From assembly GCF_036365525.1 (NCBI RefSeq), contig NC_090387.1, positions 76,073,300 through 76,137,299 on the forward strand: a stretch of DNA of 64,000 nt, given 5' to 3'. Below, piece after piece: positions 1 through 13,270 of the stretch (within the stretch, counting starts at the first letter, position 1; every line of letters starts with the position of its first letter). The notes beneath the pieces are model-generated. The model searched no databases. It was given only the letters and a program-made list of their open reading frames with translations, and was not told the DNA's origin. Made by a program: the position numbers and the translations under genes. The DNA is from Heterodontus francisci (lineage: Eukaryota).

Positions 1-58
1 CGGTCCCGCCGCGGCCTGTCTCTGCTTTGTGTCTGTTTCCAGCCCGGTAATTTTTGCT

Positions 59-171
59 ATGGCTGTGGTTCCACCAAACCGCTCGCAGACCCGCTGGCCC
101 CGCGGAGTTCCTCAGTATGGGAGCAAATATTTGCAGGCCAAGCCGCTGACCTTGGAAAGGACCATCAACCT
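59..171 (+). CDS. NUDT21: NUDT21/CPSF5 (CFIm25) exon 1: [38 protein letters not shown]
   Basis: ATG at 59; translation matches the CFIm25 N-terminus; donor CT|GTGAGT at 171/172 (phase 2); CpG-rich context. Confidence 0.96.
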
Positions 172-364
172 GTGAGTAACTGGCGGTTTTAATGTATTGG
201 ACGGCTGGGCGCGGACCTCTGTACAAAATTCTATACAGCTAGGCGTATGTGTACTTTAAAACTAGAAGAGCAAGAAACTGTAAATAGGTTCCCCATTATT
301 GAACACTGTGTGGGGCTGAGTACCCACGTTACCCCGAGTAATTTGCGTTGGGAAGTGGTGCAGT

Positions 365-785
365 GTATCTTTTAGATGGTGCACACTGTTGCCAGTGTGT
401 GCCATTGGTGGAGGGACTAAATGTTTAAGGTGATGGATGGAGTGTTGATGAAGCGGGCTGCTTTGTCCTGGGTAGTGTTTGGAACTGCACTCATCCAAAC
501 AAATGGAGAGTATTCCATCACACTTCTGACTTGTGCCTTGTATATGGAGGACAGGCTGTGGGGAGTCAGGAGGTGAGTTACTCGTTGCAGAATTCCCAAC
601 CTCTGACCTGCTCTTGTAGTCACAGTATAAATATGGCTGGTCCAGTTAAGTTTCTGGGCAATTGTAACCCCCAGGATGTGGATAGTGGGGGATTCAGCGA
701 TGGCTGTTGAACATCTTGGGAAAGTTGGTTAAATTCCCTCTTGTTGGAGATGGTCATTACCTGGCACTTGTATGGCGCAAACATA
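365..785 (-). mobile_element. Fragment of the tRNA-headed LINE family (C-terminal ORF region)
   Basis: Translates to TTRAGQRLGILQRVTHLLTPHSLSSIYKAQVRSVMEYSP, matching 43605-44156. Confidence 0.85.
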
Positions 786-874
786 ATTAATCTCTCTTGT
801 CCTTTTAATCTTTTTAAACTTGGTGATGGCCAATTCCCATAATGCAGGTCATCACCTGGGTTTCTCAACTTAGT

Positions 875-1292
875 TAATTAATTTCAACTTCCCCAATATC
901 AACTGGGAGAGTCTTAGTGCAATACACTTAAAGGGGGTGGAATTTTTAAACTGCATATAGGAGAGCTTTTTGAGCCAGCCCGTAGAAAGTCCTACAAGAG
1001 AAGGGGCGGTACTGGACAAATGTTAAGGTGCGAGGGGCAAAGTTTAGAGGGGATGTGCGAGGCAAGTTCTTTACACAGAGGGTGGTGAGCGCCTGGAACT
1101 TGCTGCCGGGGGAGTTGGTGGAAGCAGGTACGAAAGCGATGTTTAAGAGGCATCTTGACAAATGCATCAATAAGATGGGAATAGAGGGATGCGGTCCCCA
1201 GAAGTGCAGAAGGTATTAGTTTAGACAGGCATCAAGATTGGTGTGGGCTTGGAGGGCCGAATGGCCTGTTCCTGTGCTGTGCTGTTCTTTGT
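875..1292 (+). mobile_element. CR1 LINE remnant (endonuclease piece joined to the 3' end)
   Basis: FNFPNINW...PTREGAVLD coding sequence abuts FFTQRVVSAWNLLP and the GGCCGAATGGCC tail. Confidence 0.85.
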
Positions 1293-2469
1293 ACTATGTG
1301 GATGCTCTTGTATCCGGTACTGGGTGTTCGATTCTGGACCCCTTAGGTTCAACTTATTCCTGTTCACAAGTTTCTTAGATGTCAGTATCTGCAGGCACAG
1401 TCCAAATCTTGGGTTTTTCCGTATGAGTCTGTAAATATGAATCTGTTGTACACCTCGTCCGTCAGTCTGGGGTTTGCATACTTGAGATTGTGCAAGTGTA
1501 TGATTTGTCTATTGTGTTCCAAAAGTGCCTCTTTTGTTAAATATACTTTTTGAGGATTCATTTTTGAAAGATTGAAGAAATGTTAAACGTTGGGGTTTTC
1601 AAAGGGGGTCATTAACAGTCACTTGATTTTGATTAAAAACAGTCCCTGGAAATATTTTTTTAAAAGGTGCACAGAGGTCTTGAGGGAAAACAAGCCTTTC
1701 TGGGAAGCCACCTGACTTCCAGCTCTAAACAACTTTGGACACCTGGAGAAGTTGTTTGCAAAGAAGTGACAGGTCAAGACTGATGGAGGTCAAAATGTTG
1801 ACCTCCTATTGTTGGTTTTGCTTTTGAATTGTTTTGAGTTGGGGTTGAACTGTTTAAAAAGGGTGAGAACTTCAAAGAAGAGAATTCCTAAGGCAGGAGA
1901 CCAAAACCCAGCTCTGCTTTCCAGCACCCCTAAAGGACCATGAGAAGTCCACCGTGTCAACTCATCTCATCTCCTGTGTTTGAAGAAAAGCCTGCTAAAT
2001 TAATTCTCAACGCTGCCTGAAAAGATCCCAGTGTGTGTGTGTGTGTGGTTTTTTTTAACTTATTCTGGGATAACAATAGTCTATGACTGTATTGCTAAGT
2101 GGAGAAAAAATTTAAATATATACTGACCCGCAGTGAAGCGCAACTACAATAAACAGTGTATTGCTCCCGCCTTGGCCATTCCTATTATTGACCTGCCGGT
2201 ATCGAATCATGTGCCTGCAGCTTGTAATAGTTTGTGGTCAGTTAGTGAATTGAAAGGGGCATAGAGAAATATATATGCGAATGATTCTGTTGGCAACTAA
2301 ACCAATGGAAAGTACGGTGGGAGCTCCCCCTCCCAAGAGTGGAAATATTCAGTTCAAGGAGACAACTTTAGGTGAATAAAGAATCAATATGACTAAAAGG
2401 ACTGGGAGAAGATGGAGGAGTGGATATATTTTGTTTTATTTATGGATCAGGTGGTAAAATAAAACACCT

Positions 2470-5400
2470 GAAATAGGAGCAGGAGTAGACCAAATGGCCC
2501 ATCATTCAATATGATCATGGCTGATCTTGGACTTCAACCTCTTTTCCCCTGCTGTTTGCCATATTCCTTGATTCCCTGAGGCCAAGAATCTCTGTCCCAG
2601 CATTAAATTGAAGGAGCATCCACAGCCCTCTGGGGTAGAGAATTCCAAAGATTCACAACCCTTTGAGTGAAGTAATTTCTCTTCGTCTTAAATGATTAAC
2701 CCCTTATCCTGAGACTGTGCCCCGTGTTTTAGATTCCTCGACCAGCAGAAACCATCTCTGCCTACCCTGTTTAGTCCCTTCAGAACCTTGTATAGCTGTC
2801 TCTCGTTCTTCTAAACTCCAGAGTCCCAATTTACTGAGCTTCTCATGATAGGACAGCTCCTCATCCCAGGGACCAATTTAGTGAAACTTCGCTGTACTGC
2901 CTCCGTTGCCAGTATAATCCTTCCTTTAAAAATGGAGACCAAAACTACATACAGTACTCCAGATGTGGTCTCACCAAAACACTATACAATTATAGCAAGA
3001 TTTCTCTATTCCTGAACTCCAATCCCCTTGTAATAAAGGCCAACATGCCATTTGCCTTCCTAACAGCTCACTGTACTTGCATACTAGCTTTCTGCATTCC
3101 TTGTACAGGCACACCCAAGTCTCTTTGAATGTGAGCACTTACAAGTTTCATGCCCTTTAAAAAGTATTCTTTTCTATTCTTAAGACCAAAGTGAATAGCC
3201 TCACACTTCCCTACATTATACTCCATATGTCATCTTGTTGTCCACTCACTTAACCTGTCTATCTCTGCAGCCTCCATGTCCTCCCCACAGTTTACCTTTC
3301 CACATACCTTTGTATCATCAGCAAACTTGGATACATTACTCTATCTCTTCGAAGTCATTAATATAGATTGTAAATAGCTGAGGCCCCAGCACTGATTCTT
3401 GCGGCACTCCGCTATTCCCTGTCTGCCAACTTGAAAATGCCCTGTTTATGCCTACTCTTTGCTTCAGATCCATTAACCGATCCTCTATCCATGCTAATAT
3501 ATTGCCCCCAACCCGATGAGTCCTTATCTTGCCTATTAACCTTTTGTGTGGCACTAATCGAATGCCTTTTGGAAATGCAGGTATACTACATCGACTGGTT
3601 CCCCTTTATCTACCCTACCAGTCACATTGTCAAAAAAAACTCTAATAAATTTGTCAAACAGGATTTCCCTTTAGGAAAATCATGTTGACTTGTTCTAATC
3701 ATACTGAGCTTTTCTAAGCACATTAAGACTTTCTTCATAGATTCCAGCATTTTTCCAATGATAGGCTAACTGGCCTGTAATTCACTGTTTTCTCTCTCAC
3801 CGCTTTTCAAGAAAGGAGGGAAACGTTTGCCAACTTCCAATCTGATGGACTAGTCCCAAAACTAAGGAATTCTGGAAAATCATAGCAACAGAGATGGTGG
3901 ATATGTTAGCTATCTCTTAGAACCCTAGTGTGTAGGGATTTCAGATTTTAGTCAATTAAAGTTTCTCCAATACTTTTTCTCTGCTGGTATCAATTTCCAT
4001 AATTTTCTCTCTCTAGTTCCTAGGTTACTGTATTTCTGGTATGGAACTTGTGATTTCTACTGTGACTAAATATTTGTTCAATGCCTCTGCCATTTCCTCA
4101 TTCTGCTTCTAAGAGACCAGCATTTACTTTAGCTACTCTCTTCCTTTAATATATACCTATAAAAGCTCTTATCTGTTTTTATATTACTGGCTAGTTTACT
4201 CACTTTTTTTAAATCAACTTCTTGGTGGCTTTTGGCTGGTTTCTAAAACACTCCCAATCCTCAGACTTGTCTTTTTTTTGTTGCAACATTGTAAGTCTCT
4301 TTTAATCTAATACTGTCCTTAACTTCCCGAGTGAGCCACGGATGGGTCTTTTTTGCTGAGTTTTTGCTTTTCAATGGAATGTATTTTTGTTGAACATTTT
4401 GAATTGTTTCTTTAAAGGTTCCCCTTTGTTAATTTACTGCGATGCCTTTTGGTCTATTTACCCAATTTACCTTAGACAGTTGTCCTCTTATTCCTACATA
4501 ATTGGTTTTGTTTATGTTTAAGATTCTTGTTTGTGATTGAAGTATGTCACTTTCAAACTTACCATGAAATTCAGTGTATTATCACTATTTCCCAATGGAT
4601 CTTTTTACTATGACATTATTAATTAACACAATACTAGATCTAAGATAGCTTTATCCCTAGTCAGCTCCACAGCATATTGCTCCACAAAACTCCCAAAAAC
4701 ATTCTACCAACACTTCTAGACCACTTTTGCCAATTTCATTGTCCCAGTCTATATGAAGCTTAAAGCCTCCCACAGTTATTAGACTGCCTTTGTTACAAGC
4801 TTCAATAATAATTTCTTGTTTAATGCTCTGTCTAATGGTATAACTACTGTGAGAGGGCCTATAAACTACACCCACCAGTGTTTTCAGATTCTTGCTATTC
4901 CTAATTTCCACCCATACTGACTCTACTTCATGATCTTCTGAGGTCAGATCCTTTCTCACTAATGTCCTTGTGTTATCTTTACTATCAGGGCTACCCCTCT
5001 TCTCCCACTCTGTCTGAAATATTGTGTACACTGGAATATTTATTTCCCAACCTTGTTCACCATGTAAACTTGTCTCTAATGGCGATTAGATCTAAATCAT
5101 GTACCTCTATTTGTGCCACTAGTTCATCTATCCTATTGCAGATGCTTCGTGCATTCGGATAAAGAACCTTTAAAATTTTTTTTTTTACTTGTTTCCTGCA
5201 ATGACCTTATTCACTGATGTACAATTTTTGTCCAACTCTGTCCCTTCCTGTCTGTTTTGCTTGTCTTTACCCACAATGCTATACTGTTCCAATGCCTTGA
5301 CCTTTCTCTTTGGATTTCTAAATCTCCCTTCACCTGACTCCTTCCCTCCATCCCTCTTTCCCCCCCAGCCCCCACCGTATGTTCGCAACTTCTAGCATTA

Positions 5401-5790
5401 TCTGCTGGCGTACTCTTAAGTTTGTATACTCTGTCCTTTACTGCCACACTGATTATCATTACCCTCATTGTTCTATTGCTCTCTTGCTTTCTCCTTGCTC
5501 TTTAAATTATAACCTCTTCCCTCACTTGATCCCTTGCTCACGATTTAGTTTAAAACCCTTTCTACCATCCTAGTTATACGACTTGCCAGAACACAGGTCC
5601 CGGCATGGTTGAGGTGAAGCTCATCCCAACAGTACAGCTTCCATTTTCCCCAGTACTGGTGCCAGTGCCCAATGAATCAAAACTCATTTCTCCCACACCA
5701 ATATTTGAGCCATGCATTTAACTCTCTACTCTTATTTACCCTAGACCAGTTTGTTCATGGCTCAGGTAATAACCCTGAGATTATTACCTT
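2470..5790 (-). mobile_element. Degenerate CR1 LINE (end of ORF1, ORF2 EN-RT, 3' tail)
   Basis: ORF pieces GVVYRP (EN) and GVPQESVLGPQLFTIYIND (RT); CR1 tail near 2470. Confidence 0.9.
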
Positions 5791-6264
5791 GAATAAAATT
5801 AAATAGATGCTTAATTCAAATTCCCCAGACTCTAAATGGCAGAATTTAATGTGCTGCATTAAGTTGTGCAGTTATTATGTATGTTCTGATGCATATAGAA
5901 GGTATAAAATTTTACAGACCTGTGGGCCAAGCTGCTTGTTCTGGTGAAGCTGATTGCTGTATGTAATGTGCCATTGTATGTTTGGAAGTATTTTCTAGCC
6001 AAACAACTAAAGAGGAATATTCAACCTGTGATGGTTAACATCACCCATTTCTGTGGTGTCTTCGTACCTGCAGGTTTCCTAGGCATTGCATTATTGTGTG
6101 TAGTGTCTCCCTATGAGCATTTGCTTATAACAGTAAATAAGAGGCAAACCAAGTCACTGACTGTTGAAGGGATTAAGCTGTTGTGAATCTGTATCAGTAA
6201 CTCAAAAGTACTCGAAATAACAGGTCGGTCAGCATTATTGTTAACTGAGTTTTTAGATGTGCAA

Positions 6265-7075
6265 TTTTTTTTGTTTGCTCATGGTATCTGGGCATTGCGA
6301 GGCCACATTTATTGCCATCCCTAATTGGTGGTGGGGAGCTGCCTTCTTGAACCACTGCCGTCCTTGTGTAGATGTACTGTTGGGAAGGGAGTTCCATGAT
6401 TTTGATCCAGTGACAGTGAAGGAATGGTGTTCCTGCCCTTGTCCTTCTAGGTGGTAAAGGCTGCAGAGTTATTGAAGGAGCCGTGGCACATTTCTGCAGA
6501 GCATCTTGTAGATGGTACCCACTGATGCCACTCTGGGAATGAGTGTCTTAAGATGGTGGGTGGGATGCCTATCAAACGGGCTGCTTTGTCTTGGATGATG
6601 TGGAGCTTCTTGAGTGTTGGAGCTGCAGTCATTCAGGCAAGTGGAAGATATTCCATCACACTCCTGACATGTGCCTTGTAGATGCTGGACAGGCTTTGAG
6701 GAGTCGGGGGTGAGTTATTCGCCACAGAATTCCCAGCCTCTGACCTTTTCCAGTTAAATTTCTGGTCAATGGTAACCCCCAGGATGTTGATGGGGGATTT
6801 GGCGATGGTAATTCTGTTGAACATCGAGTGGGGGGATAGTTAGATTCTCTCGGAGATTATTATTGCCTGGCACTTGTGTGGCATGAATGTAACTTGCCAC
6901 ATAACAGCCCAAGCCTTAATGTTGTCCAGGTCTTGCTGCATGCAGACATGAACTGTTTCAGTATCTGAGGAGTTGTGAATGGTACTGAACAGTGCAATCG
7001 TCAATGAACATTCCAACCTGACTTGATGTTGGAGGGAAGGTCATTGAGGGAGCTGAAGATGGTTGGGCCGAGACT
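6265..7075 (-). mobile_element. 5'-truncated copy of the tRNA-headed LINE family
   Basis: PINILGVTIDQK, SSIYKAHVRSVMEY, LKKLHIIQDKAARLIG; same 3' tail as 44145-44218. Confidence 0.85.
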
Positions 7076-7914
7076 ACGTTGTCCTTCAGAACTGGACAAA
7101 GAAACAGGCATTTTCGTATGGTGGTAGAGGACGAAGAGAATGTGAATGAGCAAATATATCAGAATGGGAATAAATTGGCTGAATGGTCTGTAATCTTAAT
7201 ATCTAATTTCTCAACAGCAAGGGGTGCTTATGTGGGATGAGTCTCATGTCTGGAGGCAGATAGAGATCTTTTGTCACAATACAGCACTGGCAGAGAAGGG
7301 GCCTGTGGTGTAAACTTGTTAACTTCCCCTCTCCCCTCCCCTTTTCTTGCAACTGACAGCAAACCCAATGTTTTTACTTTTGTTTTGATTTCAAAACTTT
7401 TTTTGTTTCTTGTATCTTTGATCCTCGACTATTTGTGCATTCTTTTCTCTGTATCACCCTATTTAACCATCCTTTCTTTATTTTACAGTTTGCAGGTTAC
7501 TTAACCAAGGAGGAGCTTCTGTGAATAGTTTCAATGCCTTTTCCACTATTTTGTAAACACCTTAAATGTCTGTTTATATTTCAGCTTGCAGTTCTAATGA
7601 GTTACGTGCCTGAACAGTCAATAACCTCTTTTTCTCTTGATGCTACCTGGCCTGTTGTGTCTTTCCAGTATTCTTAGTTTTCCTTTTTTAACTTTATGAA
7701 AGCTGCATGACAAACTGTTGTAGATGCAAATGTAAACTTCCTCCTGTACAATGCATATGGAATCTAGTATTCTTACAGGCCAAATAAGGAGTCTTAGCCT
7801 CTGATTCAATAGCGCATTGTCATGTTCTGACACTTGCAGGTTAACATATATGTCTTCGGGCAGGGTTGGGGTTTGAAAGAAATTATGTATGGCCAAGAGA
7901 CAAGTTTAAGGGTC

Positions 7915-10170
7915 TGCTGTGTAGGATTAATTAATGACCTCATAGTTAAGGTGACCCTAGGTAGCAGCAATCATAATATGATTGAATTTTACATTCAGTA
8001 TGAGGGAGAGAAAAGTGGGTCAAAGACTAGTATTTTAAACTTAAATAAGGGCAACTATGAGGGCATGAAAGCAGAGCCAGCTAAAGTGAACTGGCAAATC
8101 AAGTTAAGGAATGCAGTGGTAGACATTTTAAGGGGATATTTCAGAATAGATGCATTTCAACGAGAAAGAAAAAATTCAAGGTTGGGACTCTCCATCTGTG
8201 GTTAACTAAAAAAGTTAAAGATAGTATCAAACTTAAAGAAAAAGCCTATAATTGCGTTAAAAATGGGATGGCAGGTCAGAAGATTGGACAGAATATAAAA
8301 AACAGCAATGAATGATTAAAAGATTGATAAGGAAGATAAATTTAGAGTACGAGAGAAAGCTAGCTAGAAATATAAAGACAGATAGTAAGAGTTTCTACAG
8401 ATATTTAAAAAAGAAAAGGGTTAACAAAGTGAGCATTGGTCCTATAAAAAGTGAGTCTGGGGAATGAATAATGGATAATCAGGAGATGGCAGATGAATTC
8501 AACAGATGTTTTGCATCAGTCTTAACTATTGAGGATACAAGTAACATCCCAGTATGAGCTGGAAGTCAGGAAATGAAAGGGAGGGAGGAACACAAGAAAA
8601 TTACAATCACCAGGGAAGTGCTACTGAACAAATTGTTGGAGCTGTGGGCTGAGGTGCCTAGGTCCCACTGGACTTCATCCAAGGGTATTAAAAGAAGTGG
8701 CTCATGAGATAGTTGATGCGTTAGTTTTAATTTTCCAAAATTCCCTAGATTCGGGGAAGGTTCTGTTAGATTGGAAAATAGCGAATGTAACTCCTTTATT
8801 CAAAAACGGAGAGACACAAAACAGGAAACTACAGGCCAGTTAGCTATCGTCTGTCTTAGGGAAAATGTTAGAAGCTATTATTAAAGACGTTATAGCAGGG
8901 CATTTAGAAAAATTCAAGGTAATCAGGCAGAGTCAACATAGTTTTGTGAACCAAATGTTTAACCAATTGGAGTTCTTTTGAGGGAGTTACATGTGCTGTG
9001 GATAAAGGGGAAACGGTGCATGTATTGTACTTAGATTTCCAGAAGGTGTTTGATAAGGTGCCACATCAAAGGTTATTGCAGAAAATAAAAGCTCATTGTG
9101 TAGGGGGTGTAACATATATTGGCATGGATAGAAGGTTGGTTAGCTAACAGGAAACAGAGTAGGCATAAATGGGTCATTTTCTAGTTGGCAAGATGTAACG
9201 AGTGGTGTGCCACAGGGATCTGTGCTGGGGCCTCAACTTTTTACAATTTATATAAATGACTTGGATGAAGGGACCGAAGGTATGGTTGCTAAATTTGCTG
9301 ATGACACAAAGATAGGTAGGAAAGTAACTTGTGAAGAGGACATAAGGAGGCTACCAAAGGATATAGATAGGTTACGTGAGTGGGCAAAGACCTGGCAAAT
9401 GGAGAATAATGTGGGAAATTGTTGACTGGCAGGAAGAGTAAAAAAGCACATTAAATGGTGAGAGTTTGCAGCGGGTTCAGGGTGTCCTATTGCATTAATC
9501 GCAAAAGGTTAGTATGCAGGTACAGCACATAATTCGGAAAGCTAATAGAATATTGTCGTTTATCGCGAGGGGAATTGAATACAAAAGTAGGGAGATTGTG
9601 CTTCAGCTATAGAGGGCATTGGTGAGACCACATCTGGAGTACAGTGTACAGTACTGGTCTCCTTGTGTAATGAAGGATGTCAATGCGTTGGAGGCAGTAC
9701 AGAGAAGTTTTACTAGACTAATACCTGGAACGGGCGGGCTGTCTTGCGAGGAAAGGTTGAACAGGCTAGGCTTATATCTGCTGGAATGTAGATGAGTAAG
9801 AGGTGACTTGATTGAAACATGTAAGATTCTGAGGGGTCTTGACAGGGTGGATGTGGAAAAGATGTTTTCCCTTGTGGGAGAATCTAGAACTTGGAGTCAC
9901 TGTTTAAAAATAAGGGGTCACCCATTGAAGACAGAGATGAGAAATTCTTTCTGAGGGTCGTGAGTCTCTGGAATTCTCTTCCTCAAAAGGCAGTGGAAGC
10001 TGAGTCTTTGAATATTTTTAAGGCAGAGGTAGGTAGATTCTTGATCAAGGAGGTGGTAGGTTATCGGGTAGGTGGAAATGTGGAGTGATCAGTTCAGACA
10101 TGAACTAATTGAATGGCGGAGTAGGCTCGAAGGGCTGAATGGCCTGCTCCTAATTCATCTGCTCGTAACT
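7915..10170 (+). mobile_element. 5'-truncated degenerate CR1 LINE
   Basis: LGSSNHNMIEF (end of EN), PQGSVLGPQLFTIYINDL...KFADDTK (RT), RVVSLWNSLP, CR1 tail. Confidence 0.92.
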
Positions 10171-10484
10171 GTAGCAATTGATGCGGTTTCTAGCATACTC
10201 AAGGTTGTGAAAAGTGTAGCTTCTGAGTGTCAGACTGGAATGCACAGCTAACAAAGCGTTTTAATTTATTTCAGGCCAGTGCTGCATCAGTTGGGGTTAT
10301 AGATAGGGTGCTGCAATTGACTTCTGTGCTTGTGGGGTATGGGGATTAAAATATTAGACCAGGATGCTGGCTACGTGTCTCATTAGACTTGCTGTGTGCA
10401 GAATTAAAACTTCTTTAAAAGACATTAAGCTTAGAGTAACAATATTGTTTTATAACATTTTTTCTACAAACCATTTTATAATTC

Positions 10485-11062
10485 AAAGTGATTCCTGACA
10501 ACGCAGCCGGCCACAGACATCAACAGGCTGCGCCAAGATGTGCACATGCGCAGATGGGCTCCTGTTGTCTGCGCGTGCGCTGCGTTCTGACTTGCCAGGA
10601 CTGGTTAACGCATGCGCCGATTATGTAATTGCGTGACGTGTGCATCTTCGGGCAACGCGCCTGGTCGGCCTCTGCGCATGCGCTTTATGCATACCACAAT
10701 GCAACGCCAGTGGGTGTTCACCCATGCGTCAAGCTCCGCCCCCCCCCCCCCCACCCCCCCCAATCCTGCTCTCTCTGGCTGCTCTTTTTCTCCCCCCCAA
10801 CTCCCCCCCCCCCCCCCCCTCCAAACTCCCCTGGTCGCTGCTCTCTCCGCCGCTCCGCTCTGCTCCCTCGCTCACTCTCTCCCGCCATTGTGTGCTGCCA
10901 TGTGTTTACGTTAGGTTACCTTCATGTGATTATTTGAGCAGTGCCATCTTTAGTCCTGGCAGCTGCCTGAAGTCAGACTGTGACATTTTAGTGGCACATG
11001 CTGCATTTGCGCATGTGCCACTGCAGCACCACCTGGAGGTAGCATTGTCAGCAAATGCAGCC
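10485..11062. mobile_element. Putative non-autonomous DNA transposon (CpG-rich)
   Basis: Flanked by direct repeat TTTATAATTC (10475-10484 and 11063-11072); imperfect subterminal inverted repeats CTGACAACGCAGCC / GGTAGCATTGTCAG; 12-bp hairpin at 10990-11022. Confidence 0.45.
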
Positions 11063-12370
11063 TTTATAATTCCTGTGTATTAAATTAGTTTGGAATTCGA
11101 GTTTCTTTATAAGCCACAGGATCTGGAAGGTTCAGTTTATTTTTCCAGCTTTTTCCTCTAATGACTGCATGCTGGCATACCATTTCACAGGCACCACCAA
11201 CTTTTAAATGTCTTGCCCGAATGCTCATTCAGTTGTAACTGGAAGTCATTTGCCCATGAATGGCAATCACAGCCAAGCACTAACTTGTACTCACCAGCAC
11301 CTGGAATTGCTGTGGGGTTTCTCATAATCCCCTGCAATGACCTTCAGTGGAACTTCTAGAGTAAATAATCATTTATGCTGAATTCTCACAGAAGAAATTT
11401 TTTAACCCCCACCTCCAGCCAAACACCTTCCTGCTGATGCTTGCACAGTGACACTCCAACCATGGTCTCTTAATACTAATAATGGGTGAGAACCTTGGCT
11501 TTTCCGCCCTAGTGCTGGAGATAGTTATAACTGCTGGCCGGAGATCTGTGAACTCAGCACAGACCAAGTATCTGAAGAACTAATGAGCAACTTTTCTTGA
11601 GGAAGCAAAGATTCTTGAGTCCTGTTGGATATATATTTCTGGTCTTAAGATGTACAGGCAACTTGGCTGGGTCTGCAGAATGGTGTGTTCCCAGGGGCAA
11701 AAGTTGTAAAAGGCAGGTTGATGTGCAGTCTTCACTGAAGAAACTGATCTCAGCTGGGGCAGTGCAATCAGTCTCTGGTTCCCTCCCCCCTCCCTCCCCC
11801 CAGAGGTGCCATATTAGGTGCCATAATATTTCAGGTGAAATATTAAAATGAAGTGGTTATCTACTTCTGGTGAGGTGGTTTTCAAGTTCTCCTGGTCCTG
11901 ACCTGCATTCCTCAGTCAACCAATCCCACCAGCAACAGATAAATCACTCCTTCACATTTATGAAGGAAGGGTTCTGATTTATAAGTCACTGCTCCAATCA
12001 ATATGGTTCTGAACAAATCAAATGTTATGTTTATTAAGCATTAATACTTGAACATTTACTTTAAAAGGCAGTTTTTGCAATAAAACCTGATGGTTTGATC
12101 GTGGATTCAAATGTTCTACAGTTTGGTGCTCAGTATCTTTTGTCAAATCAAAAATCTTATCCATTTCTCTGATTGTGACCAGTGTCTGAAACTGCTTTGC
12201 AGAGTGGGTGGGGTAGATTGAGATCGTGTTAGAAGTCCTAATATCCCATGCAATGGAAACTCTAAGGAGGTGGTATATTTTTCCCCCTGAATCTGGGCCA
12301 GTGACCATGTGCTGGATCTGGCTGTGTCCCTGTTTGGAAAATTCCCTGTTGAGAAAATTTCCTGTTCTAG

Positions 12371-12664
<294 letters not shown>

Positions 12665-12847
12665 TGAGTGCAACTCTAAAAGATTTTCCAGTTTTGGGGT
12701 GTGAATGATCAAACCTTTGGGTAAACTACCATAAATATGCAGTTAGTTATTGATCAGTGCATTGCACTGTAGAGCTTTTTGGTTTTCCTTTGCCGGTGAT
12801 CTTGCCATGCATCATCGAGGATAATTGCTGACTAAAAGCTAACAAAA

Positions 12848-13270
12848 CAACTTGAATTTATATGGTTCCTTTTAATGTAGGAAAACATCCAATGATGCTT
12901 CAAAGGGGCATAAGACAAGTTTTGGCACAGAGCCATAGGATGAGACATTAGGGCAGGTGACTAAAAGATTGGTCAGGGATAAGTTTTAAGGAAGCTCTTA
13001 AAAAGAGGAGAGGGGTTTTAGGGAGGGAATTCCAGCTTAAGGCCTAGACTGCTGCATGAACTCCTAATATTGGTAGGCTAAGGGATTAGTGGGGAAGGTG
13101 CAGAAGAGTCCAGAGTTGGAGGAGGGTTATAAGGCTGGAGGAGATTTAAGATAGTGAGGGGTAAAGCCATGGAGGGATTTGAACATGAGGATGAGAATTT
13201 TCAAATTAATTTGTTGGTGGTCTGGGTGTCAATGTAGGTTAGCGAGCTTTTGGTCGCTGAGTGAGCAGCA
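12848..13270 (-). mobile_element. Old L2-type LINE 3' fragment
   Basis: Same motif series (GGGAGGGAATTCCAG...GGAGGGATTTGAA...GATGAGAATTTT...TGTAGGT) as 62790-63150; partial copy at 45685-45990. Confidence 0.6.

Noticed and set aside
16-52. Acceptor-like TTTCCAG in the NUDT21 5' leader implying an upstream exon
   Set aside because: Only 58 nt of context; cannot be distinguished from a pyrimidine-rich 5'UTR.
1500-2030. Possible LTR fragment
   Set aside because: General resemblance only; no termini, TSD or second copy in the window.
10612-11083. Three overlapping Pro-rich ORFs
   Set aside because: Caused by poly-C runs in a GC-rich repeat.
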